A stretch of 64,000 nucleotides of DNA, taken from Octopus sinensis. Lineage: Eukaryota. Under the pieces are notes generated by a model, which had not been told where the DNA came from, made no database searches, and worked only from the letters and a program-made list of their open reading frames with translations. Below, one piece after another: positions 50,705-63,031 of this stretch (positions are counted from its first letter, which is position 1; each line of letters starts with the position of its first letter). The position numbers and the translations under genes were made by a program. The DNA is taken from positions 50,468,001 through 50,532,000 of the forward strand of contig NC_043015.1 in assembly GCF_006345805.1 (NCBI RefSeq), in the 5' to 3' direction.

Positions 50705-51584
50705 CATAAAGTGAGAAGAACAATTCTATAATCTAATCTCAAATATGCTATGTCTGAGATATAAAAGATAGGATGGTCACAGATGCCATGTCTTTTAACC
50801 AAAGCTGACCTACAACAACCAAATAAAAGAAAAAAAGAAAAGAAAAAGAAGACTCAAACTGCACCCTACTGTCTTAAAACAAGAAGGAACATTTGATATT
50901 ATAGTCCTAGATAAACAATGTCCGGGACAAAAAAAGAAAAAAAATATTTAGTCACTTTCAGAGCATCTTTGATCATGGAGATCAATGAGAATTGACCTGA
51001 TGCTAAAGAAAAACTACCGTTATCACCACCACCACCACCATTGCCACTGCTGCCACCACCATTACCGTTACCACCACTGCCACCACCAACACCACCATCG
51101 CTGCCACTCCTACTATTTATACTAAAAAGATTGTAAGAAGAAACGGAAGGCTTCCTTGGAATTTTAGTTGTTTCATGTTTTCAAATGGCTTAATATTAGT
51201 TTTTACTCTTTGACAGGTTCCCAGAACAGCGAAGAACTTTGGTATTTCCACTGATATAATCTCATTATATTCTAAGACACAGACAGAATACTGAATAACC
51301 AACATACTTTATATACAGCAAGAGAAGCAATCAGTCAAACATATTGATTAAATAAAAATAACTTAATTCTAATTAAAACAGGTTCCTCTCAAGTATATCA
51401 TTAGGCTAGTCATTAAAACTGAACAAGACAGCACACTGTTCCTTATTAGGTCACTAAGTGTGCCATTTTGCATTCTATATTAATTAATGTTTTTTTTTTC
51501 TTTTCTTTTTTTATATCTTCCGGTTAACCTACGATGTTGTCAAATAATAATGTTGCTCAGAATTTATTGTGTGTAATAAATTAC

Positions 51585-51835
51585 TTGCATCGGTCGTTAG
51601 CTGTCAGGACACTGCATCCTTCAGAAACACCATGCCTACGCACCTATTCCTCTTCATGGCTCTATTACCATTCACTATTCTATCATTCTATCATTCTGTG
51701 TTTTATTCTGTGTACTGTGCATGTATCTCTAGCTTCTTTTCCTGTCTTTCTTTGCTTGACTTATGGTTTCTATCTCATCATTTAACCTTTTCCAACAAGT
51801 TGTAGTGTACCTGACCACACTATACAATAAGCTGC
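51585..51835 (+). mobile_element. CR1-type LINE 3' end fragment
   Basis: gttagctgtcaggacactgcatccttcagaaac matches 63926-63960 of the CR1-type fragment. Confidence 0.5.
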
Positions 51836-51911
51836 TGCTGCTTCTTCTTCTTCTTCTTCTTCTTCTTCTTCTCCATCTTCTTCTTCCTCTCCTCCTCCTC
51901 CTCCTCCTCAT

Positions 51912-52470
51912 TAAGGTGGTGAGCTGGCAGAATCATTAACACGCCAGGAGAAATGCTTAGCGTTATTTCGCCCATATTTACGTTCTGAGTTCAAATTCCA
52001 CTGAAGTCAACTTTGTTTTTCATCCTTTCGGGGGTCGACAAATTAAGTACCAGTTACACTCTGGGGTCATAATCGTCGTTAAACGGCTGTTTTCCATGCT
52101 GGTATGGGTTGGACGGTTTCACTAGAGATCTGGAGAGCCAGTGGATGCGCCAGGCTCCAATCTGATCTAGCAATGTTTCTACAGTGGGATGCCCTTCCTA
52201 ACACCAACCATTCCAAGAGTGTAGTGGGTGATTTTTATGTTCCACTGGCACAGGAGCCAATCTGGGGGTACTGGCAAGAGCCACATTTGGTTGGTGCTTT
52301 TTACGTGCCACCGGCTTGGGAGCCAGTCAGGAGGTCTTGGCAATGAACACATTTGGATGGTGCTTTCTACGTACCACCGCACAGGAGCTAGTCTGGGGGT
52401 ATTGGCATCAGCCACATTCGGTTGGACTTTTTTATGTGCCACCAGCACGGGAGCCAGTCAGGCGGACCTG
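51912..52470. mobile_element. S4 SINE (plus strand, 51912-52070) abutting an S5 element (minus strand, 52075-52470)
   Basis: aaggtggtgagctggcagaatc head; tttccatgctggtatgggttggacgg, followed by tandem subunits. Confidence 0.8.
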
Positions 52471-52546
52471 TTATTCACTTTATAAGCATATACATACATA
52501 CACACAGACAACACACACACACACACACATACACACACACACACAC

Positions 52547-52577
<31 letters not shown>

Positions 52578-52825
52578 TTCTTTTATTCTTTTACTTGTTT
52601 CAGTCATTTGACTGCAGCCATGCTGGAGCACCACCTTTAGTCAAGAAAATCAACCCCAAGACTTATTCTTTGTAAGCTTAGAAATTATTCTATTGGTCTC
52701 TTTTGCCGAACTGCTAACTTACAGGGATGTAAACACACCAACATCAGTTGTCAAGCAATGGCAGGGGGACAAGCAGACACACAAATACAAACATACATAC
52801 ATACATACATACATACATACATACA

Positions 52826-52884
<59 letters not shown>

Positions 52885-52974
52885 GATGAGCTTCTTTCAG
52901 TTTCTGTCTACTAAATTCACTCAGAAGGCTTCGGTCAGCAGCCTGAGGCTAAATATATATATATATATAAAGGG

Positions 52975-53160
52975 AAAGTTTACGAAAATAAACAAAAGAC
53001 GAAGGCAGGTGGAATACGAACAAACAAATGTATTAGTATAGCTCTCAGGAATAGAAAAAGTCTTTTACGTTTCGAGCCTATGCTCTTCGACAGGAAGATA
53101 CACAGAAAAAAACAAGGAGAGAAAAAAGCGCGTGTAGTAGCTAACGATCTAATCATGGAG
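52975..53160 (-). mobile_element. Penelope-like family B repeat with a hammerhead motif
   Basis: Similar to 61905-62085. Confidence 0.6.
53061..53098 (-). ncRNA. Minimal type-I hammerhead-like motif (B), core CUGUCGA
   Basis: Minus strand: UCUUC CUGUCGA A GAGC-AUAG-GCUC GAAAC GUA AAAGA. Confidence 0.45.
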
Positions 53161-53711
53161 TCCTGACTTCGGACAATGGTCAGACACAAGAAGGACAGTA
53201 GGGGAGATAACAGGGTCAAGTGACTTCCAATATATATATAACCCGGAACCTTGTGGCACACACCCATTCCTGCACCTATACACACACACACACACACACA
53301 TCTATGTGTGTGTGTGTATTAAATATAATTATCAAAACATATTTTAAAAAACCATTATTTATGTGAAATCTCACAAATAAATGCGAAATAAAATGAAATT
53401 AAAAAATAACATGCAAATAAGAATGAGCTTCACCATATCCTTATGTATTTGTGTATTTTAACGACTCCCTTCTAATATCAATAGCTTTAATTAGTAAACA
53501 ATGAAAATATCAGAGCTGAAATAAATCAATTAAGCCAATTTTTCTAATCAATATTAGTTCTACAGAGATAAGACGACATGAAGGGATCAAACTGCTAAAT
53601 CTATTTCACACTACGCAAAGTATGTAAAATACACATAGTAATGATGCTGACAAAAAATACCGCTACGCAGCTGCTCAAACTACTAGAAATAGCAGCCAAA
53701 TACTACTTATA

Positions 53712-53947
53712 CAGGGTGTTCAAAAAGTCTCTCCACGGTGAATTTTTTTCTCCGAGATATATTTCAAAACATGTGTAGAAGAATCACTTATGTATTGAGA
53801 ATGAAGGACAGCACTTTCATCACCTCTTATAAAGATTTTTGAAATCTTGTACATTCTAACATATTCCTTTTTTCAGTCTTATACCATCTTATAAATATCT
53901 ATTTTGCAATAAAATACTTAGTGCGGAGAGACTTTTTGAACACCCTA
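53712..53947. mobile_element. Tc1/mariner MITE (236 bp)
   Basis: TIR (c/t)agggtgttcaaaaagtctctcc, 23 bp; TA on both sides. Confidence 0.9.
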
Positions 53948-53964
53948 TACGACATACTACTCTC

Positions 53965-54376
53965 TTTCTTTCTGTCTTTTTACTTGTTTCAGTCATTTGA
54001 CTGTGGCCATGCTGGAGCACTGCCTTTAATCGAGCAACTCGACCCTGGGACTTATTCTTTGTAAGCCCAGTACTTATTCTATCGGTCTCTTTTGCCAAAC
54101 CGCTAAGTGGCGGGGACATGAACACACCAGCATCGGTTGTCAAGCAATGCTAGGGGGACAAACACAGACACACAAACATACACGCACACACACATATACA
54201 TATACATATATACAACAGGCTTCTTTCAGTTTCCGTCTACCAAATCCACTCACAAGGCTTTGGTTGGCCTGAGGCTATAGTAGAAGACACTTATCCAAGG
54301 TGCCACGCAGTGGGACTGAACCCAGAACCATGTAGTTCGTAAGCAAGCTACTTACCACACAGCCACTCCTGCGCCT
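53965..54376 (-). mobile_element. Full-length SINE S1
   Basis: Reverse complement of 11476-11906. Confidence 0.9.
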
Positions 54377-54564
54377 ATATTTTTCTCTTTTTTTCTTTTA
54401 CAAAAAGGACATATTGGATGATGTAGTCCAAGGTATGACATTCCTGAAAGATTGTGTCCTGAGATCTCTGCTCATCATTCAGGTCTACATCAGAACTAAA
54501 TGACTGGGTAGTAAAAATGTTAAGCTTCTATTTAAAAGGTATTTTTTTTTCATCTTTCATTTAT

Positions 54565-54905
54565 CATTTACTTGTTCTAGTCATTGGACTGTGGCCATAC
54601 TGGGGCACTGCACTGAAGGGTGTCGTCAAACGAATCAACTCCACTACTTATTTGTTAGTCTGGTTACTTATTTTATCGGTCTTTTGCTGAACTGTCAAGT
54701 TATGGGGACGTAAACAAACCAACACCAGTTGTCAAGCAGAAGTGAAGTACAGACATACACACACACACACAATAGGCTTCTTTTCAATTTCCATTTACCA
54801 AGTCCACTCACAAGACTTGGGTCAGTTCTGGTGCCACACAGTGGGACTGAACCGGAAACCTTATGGTTGCAAAGCAAGCTTCTTAACCACACAGCTATTC
54901 CTGCA
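54565..54905 (-). mobile_element. SINE S1, decayed
   Basis: Family motifs. Confidence 0.8.
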
Positions 54906-55089
54906 TCTCTAGAACGACATTGATTCATGAAGTCCTAGTTATTCCATACAAGATGGAATGGTCACATTTGGAATATTTCTGCCAGGATTGAGCTAAGCTT
55001 AAACAACAGAATAGCAAGAATTTTTATTCTTCTTCTATTTCTATTTAATTACAATTTTACCAAAGAACCTTAGTCTGTCTGTGTGTCAC

Positions 55090-55480
55090 AGGTGCAGGCA
55101 TGGCTGTGTGGTAAGAAGATTGCTTCACACTCATGTGGTCCTGGGTTCACTCCCATGCTACAGTACCTTGGGAAGGGTCTTTGATGATAGCTCTAAGCCA
55201 ACCAAAGCTTTGTGAGTGGATTTGGTAGATGGAAACTGAAAGAAGCCCATCATATATGTGTGTGATTATGTCTTTGTCCTCCACTATTGCTTGACCACTG
55301 ATGGTGGTTTGTTTATGTCTACATAACTTAGCAGATCAGCAAAAGAGACCAATATAATAAGTGCCAGGCTTTTAAAACAAAATAAATACTGAACTTGATT
55401 TGTTCAAGTTAAACCCTTCCAGACACTGCCCCAGCATGGCCGCAGTGCAATGACAAAAGACAAGCCAAAGATGAGAGAGA
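55090..55480 (+). mobile_element. SINE S1
   Basis: ggtgcaggcatggctgtgtggtaagaag ... ccagcatggccgcagt. Confidence 0.82.
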
Positions 55481-55515
55481 TTTAAGAGATTATCTTCTTC
55501 CCTTCATTACAACAG

Positions 55516-55718
55516 GAGCCAAACATATTAGAATTCAACAAAACGCCCAAACATTTACTCCACCATTATCAGCGCCACCGCCATTAATCAAAGAAAAAAG
55601 GCCAACAGAATTAAATTTCAAAGACTGGCGACTTCAACCTGTTGGTTCTAATATAGAGACTTTTGTTTTTCATGTCTTGCCAACGAGACATTATTATTAT
55701 AATGATGTTCTCTTCTAA
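55516..55718 (+). CDS. Candidate terminal exon (GAKHIRIQQNAQTFTPPLSAPPPLIKEKRPTELNFKDWRLQ...NDVLF*)
   Basis: ttcttcccttcattacaacag| then a phase-1 frame of 66 codons plus stop in non-repeat sequence. Missed by the ORF track because it lacks a Met. Confidence 0.35.
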
Positions 55719-55859
55719 CACTATTTCCTCAAATTTATATTAAGCCCTTACCTTAAAACAATGAAGCCATTCTTCTGAAGCTTTGTAATAATGGTGCCGA
55801 AATAGATTTTCTACATATCTAAACACAACATTGCTTGTAACTTCAAATGAGTGTACATA

Positions 55860-55944
55860 TGGTGTATGTATGTATGTATATATAATATATATTATAATAT
55901 ATATATATTATATATTATATTATATATATATATATATATATATA

Positions 55945-55993
<49 letters not shown>

Positions 55994-56050
55994 GTATGTA
56001 TATGTATATGTATGTATATATGTATGTTTGTATATATATATATATAATAT

Positions 56051-56092
<42 letters not shown>

Positions 56093-56610
56093 TAAACAAG
56101 AAATATAATAAAATAGATAAGTAAATAAATAATGCAGCAGTGTCTTCTCAGTAAGTACAACTGTCCTGTGTTTTGTATATAATGTATTATAATGTATTTA
56201 TAATGTGTGAGTTATTATGTTTTATATATATATGTATATATACATACGTATATATATATATATATATTATATATATATGTATGTATCTATGTATATGTTT
56301 TATATATATATATGTACTTATGTATGTATGTATAACTTTATCAATATCTATATCTTTGTATATATATATATATATCATATACATACATATGTCTTTTTTT
56401 TATATATACTTATATATCCTTATATATATGTGAGAGTGTGTGTACACATATATGCATACATACATATGCATACATACATATGCATATATATATATATGTG
56501 TGTATGTGTGTATGTGTGTGTGTGCATATGTGTGTGTATGTTTTTATACATATGTACTTATAGGTGTATACATTCATATGCGTATATATATATACATATA
56601 TTATATATAT

Positions 56611-56641
<31 letters not shown>

Positions 56642-56739
56642 ATATATATATATATATACATACATGCATGTGATGCATATGTGTTTGGGGTGTGTGTTTA
56701 TGTGTGAGAAAGAGAGTATTTGTTAAGTACATGAGTTGA

Positions 56740-56775
<36 letters not shown>

Positions 56776-57034
56776 AGAATCAGAGTTGAAAGTGAGGTGG
56801 GTGGTTGGGTGGTTGGGTGAAACTGTTCAACCACGTTCTTTTAAAAATGGAAAAAAAATTCCAATTTAAACTAAAATTCATCGACTTCCTCATTTTATTT
56901 CAATAAACAAACTCTTGTTACATGAATGCAGAGTATAGACAGTGAGTTTATCAGTATTCTTTTGTGTCTATTTATATAAACACACAGGAACATGAATGCA
57001 CACGCCCATATATGTGTGTGGTATGCTGCGTATA

Positions 57035-57106
<72 letters not shown>

Positions 57107-57136
57107 TGCACATACATATATGTGTATGTAGTCATG

Positions 57137-57167
<31 letters not shown>

Positions 57168-57392
57168 TTGTTTGTGTGTGTGTATGTGTGTATATAATTA
57201 TATTTATTTATGTATATATGTGTATATACATATACATGTATATGTATGTATATCTATATGTGTGTATATATATATCTATATATATGTATATATACATGGT
57301 TATATATAGTGTGTGTATGTATATATATATTACATATTATGTATGTATGCATGCATGTATGTATATATCTATCTATCTATCTATATATATAT

Positions 57393-57426
<34 letters not shown>

Positions 57427-57645
57427 ATAATATATATATATATAATATATATATATATGTTATATATCTATATATATGTATATATACATATATATTTACA
57501 CATATATAGATGTGAAATATATGTGTGTGTGTATGTATATATATATTTACATATGTATGTATGTATGCATGCATGTATGTATATTCTATCTATCTATCTA
57601 TCTATATATATATATATATGTATATGTATATATATTATATATATA

Positions 57646-57687
<42 letters not shown>

Positions 57688-58060
57688 CTATATATATGTA
57701 TATATACATATATATTTACACACTATATTATGTGTAAATATATGTGTGTGTGTATGTATATTATATTTACATATATATATATGTATGCATGCATGTATGT
57801 ATATATGTGTAATATATATGTATGCATATATATATATATATCATATTATATATCTATATATATATATATATAATATATAGTTTTTATGTATATATATATA
57901 CCTATATATGTATGTATGTTTTATATACATATATGTATATATATATATATATAAACTGACACATACTCACATGTACTCTAACATACACACACACACACAC
58001 ACACACACATATATGTACACACGCATACATACATGACAATGTATGTATTGCTACCATAAA
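55860..58060. repeat. (AT)n/(GT)n/(AG)n field with an internal ~200-bp tandem duplication (~57310-57740)
   Basis: Seen directly. Confidence 0.9.
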
Positions 58061-58554
58061 GCGAAATTGAAAATATAGCTTTTCTAGTTTTCCCAAACAA
58101 ACCACCTTCTGACAAATAAACAGTCAATAAAAACGCTGTTGTTGCTGATGTTGTTGTTGCTGTTGTTGTTGTTCTTGTTGTTGTTGTTAGTGTACAGCGT
58201 TAATAACCATTCACTGGAATGGTTATGGAGCAAACAACGAAGATAAACAATACAACAAAAACTGCACTGTAATAATATATATCTGTTTCCTTTTATCTGC
58301 ATAGAGGTTGGAGTCTAATTTTTTTTAGCAAAGCTCAACATTTCCACCCCAACCAACCATTCCACCCCAATGGCATAGAATAGACCTGGCTGCGTGGTTA
58401 AGAAGTTTGCTTCACAACCAGGTGATACCCGGTTCAGTTCCACTGTGTGGCATATCGTTTGGGTTGGCTCAGATAGAAAACGAGTACCAGCCAAGTAATA
58501 CCAGCCAAGTGCTTGCTCTCTCTCTCCGTCCAGATGTCATGTGCTAGATGTGCC

Positions 58555-59140
58555 AATAGGTCAAAGGGTAGGAGAGTCAAAAGAGTGTCTAAGAGTCGAA
58601 AGGATGTTGAAGAATCAAAAGAGAATGTCAGATTCAAAAGGGTGTCTAAAGAGTCAGAAGAGAGTCTAAGAGTAAAAGGCTGTTGCAGAAGCAAAAGGGA
58701 ATGTCAGAGTCAAAAGGGTGTCAGAGTCAGAAGTGTATGTCAGATTCAAAAGGGTATCTAAGAGTCGAAAGAATGTCTAAGAGTTAAAAGGCTGTTGAAG
58801 AATCAAAGGGAATGTCAGAGTCGAAAGGGCGAAAGTGTGTCAGAGTCAAAAGCGCCTGTCACAGTTGAAAGTGTTTGTCGGAGTCAAAAGTACATGTCTG
58901 ATTCAAAAGGTTGTCTAAGAGTTGAAAGGGTGTCTAAGACTCATAAGGATGTCTAATAGGTGAAAGTGTGTCAGAGACAAAAGTGCACGTCACAGTTGAA
59001 AGTGTATGTCAGAGTCAAAAGTGCAAGTCTGATTCAAAAGGGTGTCTAAGAGTCGAAAGAGTGTCTATGAGTCAAAAAGGGTGTCTAAGAGTCAGAAGGA
59101 TATCTAATAGGCCAAAGTGTGTCAGAGTCAAAAGAGACTA
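58555..59140. repeat. Degenerate ~20-bp minisatellite (tgtc(ta/ag)agagtc(a/g)aaa)
   Basis: Many imperfect units; source of ORFs 58434..58694 and 58513..58761. Confidence 0.85.
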
Positions 59141-59289
59141 ATAAAATATGTACAGGTACTTCAAAAATGAAATACTTAGGTCAATTCATTCATTAAAAAT
59201 TCTTTATGGTGGTGCTGCGGCATGGCCACAGTATAATAACTGAAACAAGTATAAAAGATTAAAAAAAAGACAGACTTTTATGGATTAAC

Positions 59290-59501
59290 TTATATTAATA
59301 TAATCTGGCTAATAACTGGATCCAGTTTACTAGTATAAACTAGATCCATGTCTCTAATCTGACTTAGCTTCGTTATAATCCAAAGCCTTCCTTTAGATTT
59401 TTCTAAAATAATCTGAATGCCAGATGTTCCACAAATGGTGAACATGTGATTACTGATTGATATAAACTCCCAAACAAAAAACTTATCAGCCACGCAATTA
59501 C
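59290..59501 (-). CDS. Candidate terminal exon (GNCVADKFFVWEF...ISQIILI*)
   Basis: ttattttattaattaaaag| then a phase-1 frame of 70 full codons including the stop; no recognised homology. Confidence 0.2.
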
Positions 59502-60013
59502 CTTTTAATTAATAAAATAAATAAGCAAACAGTTAATTACTTTTCTAACATACAAAATAATGACCAATTGTTCTGTGTATATGCATGTGTGTTTGTGCAT
59601 ATACATACATACATACATACACACATACATACATAAACACACACACATACATACATACATACATATATATATCTGCATACATACATACATAAATACATAC
59701 ATAATACATACATACATACATACATACACACATACATATATACATACATACATATATATATATCTGCATGCATACATACATACTAACATATATATATATC
59801 TGCATACATACATGCATACATACATACATACACACGCATACATACACACACATACATACATACATACATACATACATCGAAATGAAAGTGCATAAAGAAT
59901 AAATGGTATAAAGTACATCTTGCATTTATCATCAATTTCTTCACATTCACTTTCACTCTCCCTCTCTCATATATATATATGTATATGTACATGTGTGTGT
60001 GTATGCGTGTGAG

Positions 60014-60082
<69 letters not shown>

Positions 60083-60245
60083 TAAATATCAATGAAGAAC
60101 AAAAGCTTGGGTAAGTATTTCTTTTGGTTTGTTTATTTGTTTTACAACAGCAATCAGATTGTGGATGGTAATTATAGGAATGCTCATTGAGAAATAATTA
60201 AGAATATAATTAGTTCTTTTGAAAGAAAGGCCTTTTTCTTTAGAT

Positions 60246-60276
<31 letters not shown>

Positions 60277-60293
60277 CATATATATATACTATA

Positions 60294-60332
<39 letters not shown>

Positions 60333-60927
60333 TGTGCGCTTACGCACACACATATACACATATACACACATATATATATTTAGATACAGATGGTGGATAA
60401 CAGGACCGTAATCTGCTTTCCTGCAGACTGTAAAAGTTACATAACCAATATATTAGAAACGCTGTCAAAGTTAATCAGGAAGATTTAATTAATATTTATA
60501 TTAATAGCAAAATATTTGAAAAATAAATAAATAAACGAAGGCATAAATACATAAATAAAACCACCCCCCCTTCACACAAACGAGGAAAATAAATTAATCT
60601 GCTAGAAGAATAACGTGAGAAGTAGAAAGATTAATTCCATTATTATAGCTCTCAGAAATGATTTCCATGGCAACAAGAGAACAGTACAGTGCATAAACAT
60701 ATAAATATATATGAGTGTGTGTGCATGTGTGTGTATGTGTGTATGCGTGTGTGTGTATTCATATTCATATGCCCGTGTACATATATGTGTGTGGTTGTGT
60801 GTGTGTATTTATATGTGTATGCTTGTGTATATGTGTATGTATTTATATATGTATGCTTGTGTACGTATGAGTGTGTGTGTGTGTAAGTGTATGCATGTTA
60901 AATATAAAATCATGACGACAACAAATT

Positions 60928-60970
<43 letters not shown>

Positions 60971-60979
60971 CACATATAT

Positions 60980-61340
60980 AGGTGTAGCTGTGTGGTTAGA
61001 AGCTTGCTTCCCAATCACATGGTTCTGGGTTCAGTACCATTGTGAGGCACCTTGGGCAAGTTCTTTCTACTGTAGCCTTGTGAGCAGATTTGGTAGATGG
61101 AAACTGAAAGAAGCCCGTTGTATGTGTGAGTTTGTGTCTTTCTATCTGTGTCTGTAACTCCATCACTTCTTGACAACCTGTGTTGGTGTGTTTACATCTC
61201 TGTAACTTAGTGGCTCAGCAAAACAGTCTGATAGAATAAGTACTTAAAAATAATAAGTCCTGGGGTTGAATTGTTTGACTAAAATCACCATGATGGTGAT
61301 GCTCCAGTATGGCCACTAAAACTAGTAAGAATAAAAGGAT
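60980..61340 (+). mobile_element. SINE S1
   Basis: Family motifs from head to tail. Confidence 0.82.
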
Positions 61341-61366
61341 ATATGTGTATGTGTGTGTGTATATGC

Positions 61367-61403
<37 letters not shown>

Positions 61404-61405
<2 letters not shown>

Positions 61406-61750
61406 CATCATCATCCAGCGTTTTAAATCTGGGTTTTGTCCCCGTTAATGGGTGTGGCTGGATCTACCTCAATGCCATAGTAACCATCCTCACACCATCT
61501 TACCCAGTTTAGGGTGTCCTCCTATTTTCAAGCCAACTCTCCCAATCTCCACCTCCACCTGTCCCCCCTACCTTCTCTTCGGTCTACCTTGCTTTCGTGT
61601 TCCATTTACCTCAAACACAATCACCCTCCTCAGAACATGCTCCTCATCCCTCCTCAACCCATACCACCTTGCTCCATTCGCCCTTGCCAACCATTCCACT
61701 GATTCCTCCAACCCCAGCATTCCCATCAAATCCTCAGTCTTCCTCTTATT
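61404..61750 (-). mobile_element. 5'-truncated RTE-type LINE 3' end with (GAT)n tail
   Basis: LGLEESVEWLARANGARWYGLRRDEEHVLRRVIVFEVNGTRKQGRPKRR. Confidence 0.8.
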
Positions 61751-62083
61751 ATTAAAGCTACAAAAACACCAGAAAAGTATCACAAAAATCTGCTACTCAG
61801 AGTTTCATGTTCCCATTCGTTGTACAGTTTAGCTATATATCTATAGCTATATATATATATATAAAACTATATATATATATATATATAATATATATATATA
61901 TATAGTTAATCCAAACAAGAAAACTAAAAAAAACAAAAAAAAACACAACAACCCGAGGACGTGGAACAAATAAAGTATTATTGGACGCTCAGGAAGAAGG
62001 AAGAAGGAGGGTTTAACGTTTCGAGCGGAGCTCTTCGTCGGAAACATAGGAGAAGGAAAGATCCCGAGAAGGGAAGACAGAGG

Positions 62084-62085
<2 letters not shown>
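61749..62085 (-). mobile_element. Penelope-like composite: family C plus family B
   Basis: C motif at 61790-61827 and B motif at 62011-62045, separated by (AT)n. Confidence 0.6.
62011..62045 (-). ncRNA. Minimal type-I hammerhead-like motif (B), best-preserved copy
   Basis: Minus strand: GUUU CCGACGA A GAGC-UCC-GCUC GAAAC GUU AAAC; palindromic AACGUU in place of stem III; U4 replaced by C. Confidence 0.5.
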
Positions 62086-62116
<31 letters not shown>

Positions 62117-62160
62117 TATATATATAATATATATATATATATATTATACATATACACACC

Positions 62161-62302
62161 CTATTTTACATTTGATGGATATTTGTCCTCATCTTGTTGT
62201 TGTTAACACGTTTCAGCTGATGTACCCTCCAGCCTTCATCAGGTGTCTTGGGAAAATTTCAAACCTGGATTCTCATTTGTAAGATAGTTTTTGATGTTAT
62301 TA

Positions 62303-62361
<59 letters not shown>

Positions 62362-62695
62362 TTATTCTGGTCACTACCTGGAATTAAATTCGCTCTTAAT
62401 CACTATGCCACGGCATATGGCATAGAGGTCAAGTGCACAAGCTACTTACTGCAAGATTCCAAGTTCGATTCCAGGCAGTGACCTGAATAATAATAATAAT
62501 AATAACATCAAAAAATACCTTAGGAATGAGAACCCAGGTTCGAAATTTTCCCAAGTTCCTGATGAAGGCTGGAGGGTATATCAGCCGAAACATTGTGTTA
62601 ACAACAAACAAGATGAGGACAAATATCCGTCAAATGTAAATAATGTAAATAATGTAAATAATGTACATAATTCCTCATCTCTTAAATATAGAACT
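62161..62695. mobile_element. Head-to-head palindromic dimer of family A (tRNA-like head + (AAT)n + hammerhead-bearing tail)
   Basis: 62161-62305 is the reverse complement of 62506-62650; ggtcactacctggaatt vs attccaggcagtgacc; central ctatgcca/tggcatag; A/B boxes at 62418-62472. Confidence 0.72.
62554..62599 (+). ncRNA. Minimal hammerhead-like motif (A)
   Basis: CUGAUGA A GGCUG-loop-CAGCC GAAAC AUU GUGUU; the four-copy consensus gives GACAC...GAAAC GUU GUGUU. Confidence 0.45.
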
Positions 62696-63031
62696 GTACA
62701 TATAGCCTGTTCATCAGACAGTTTAGCTATATATATAGCTAGAATCTCTACAATTTCTTCATTAAAATTTTGGTAAAATCTTTGCAGTCTAATTGAAGGA
62801 ACTCATCCCAGAAGTGACTCACAAAAACACTAGCTGTATTTCAATGCTATTGAGCTTTGTCAATGATGTATATTCACAGTATTTGCTTAGAACGAAAATG
62901 TTTAATTAGATAAACTAATTAATTAATTCACTGTTTCCCATAACTAGTTACACTAGGTAGCTCTTCATTTCCAATTAGATAAACTGTATAATTAATTATG
63001 TAACTAACTAGCAGTACTATTAATAATTAGT

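Noticed and set aside
55752-55818. Minus-strand 67-nt exon ([22 protein letters not shown]|gtaagg)
   Set aside because: Plausible splice sites, but it lies in the would-be 3'UTR of the plus-strand candidate and has no supporting homology; cannot be favoured without RNA data.
58513-58761. Lys/Arg/Ser-rich protamine-like ORF
   Set aside because: Translation of the ~20-bp degenerate minisatellite.
59318-59347. Small hairpin ggatccagttta/taaactagatcc
   Set aside because: 12-bp imperfect stem in AT-rich DNA; within chance expectation.
2322-60271. Dozens of ORFs rich in YI, HT, CV, poly-I/N/V/T
   Set aside because: Translations of (AT)n, (AC)n, (AAT)n and (ACC)n microsatellites, which lack stops in some frames.
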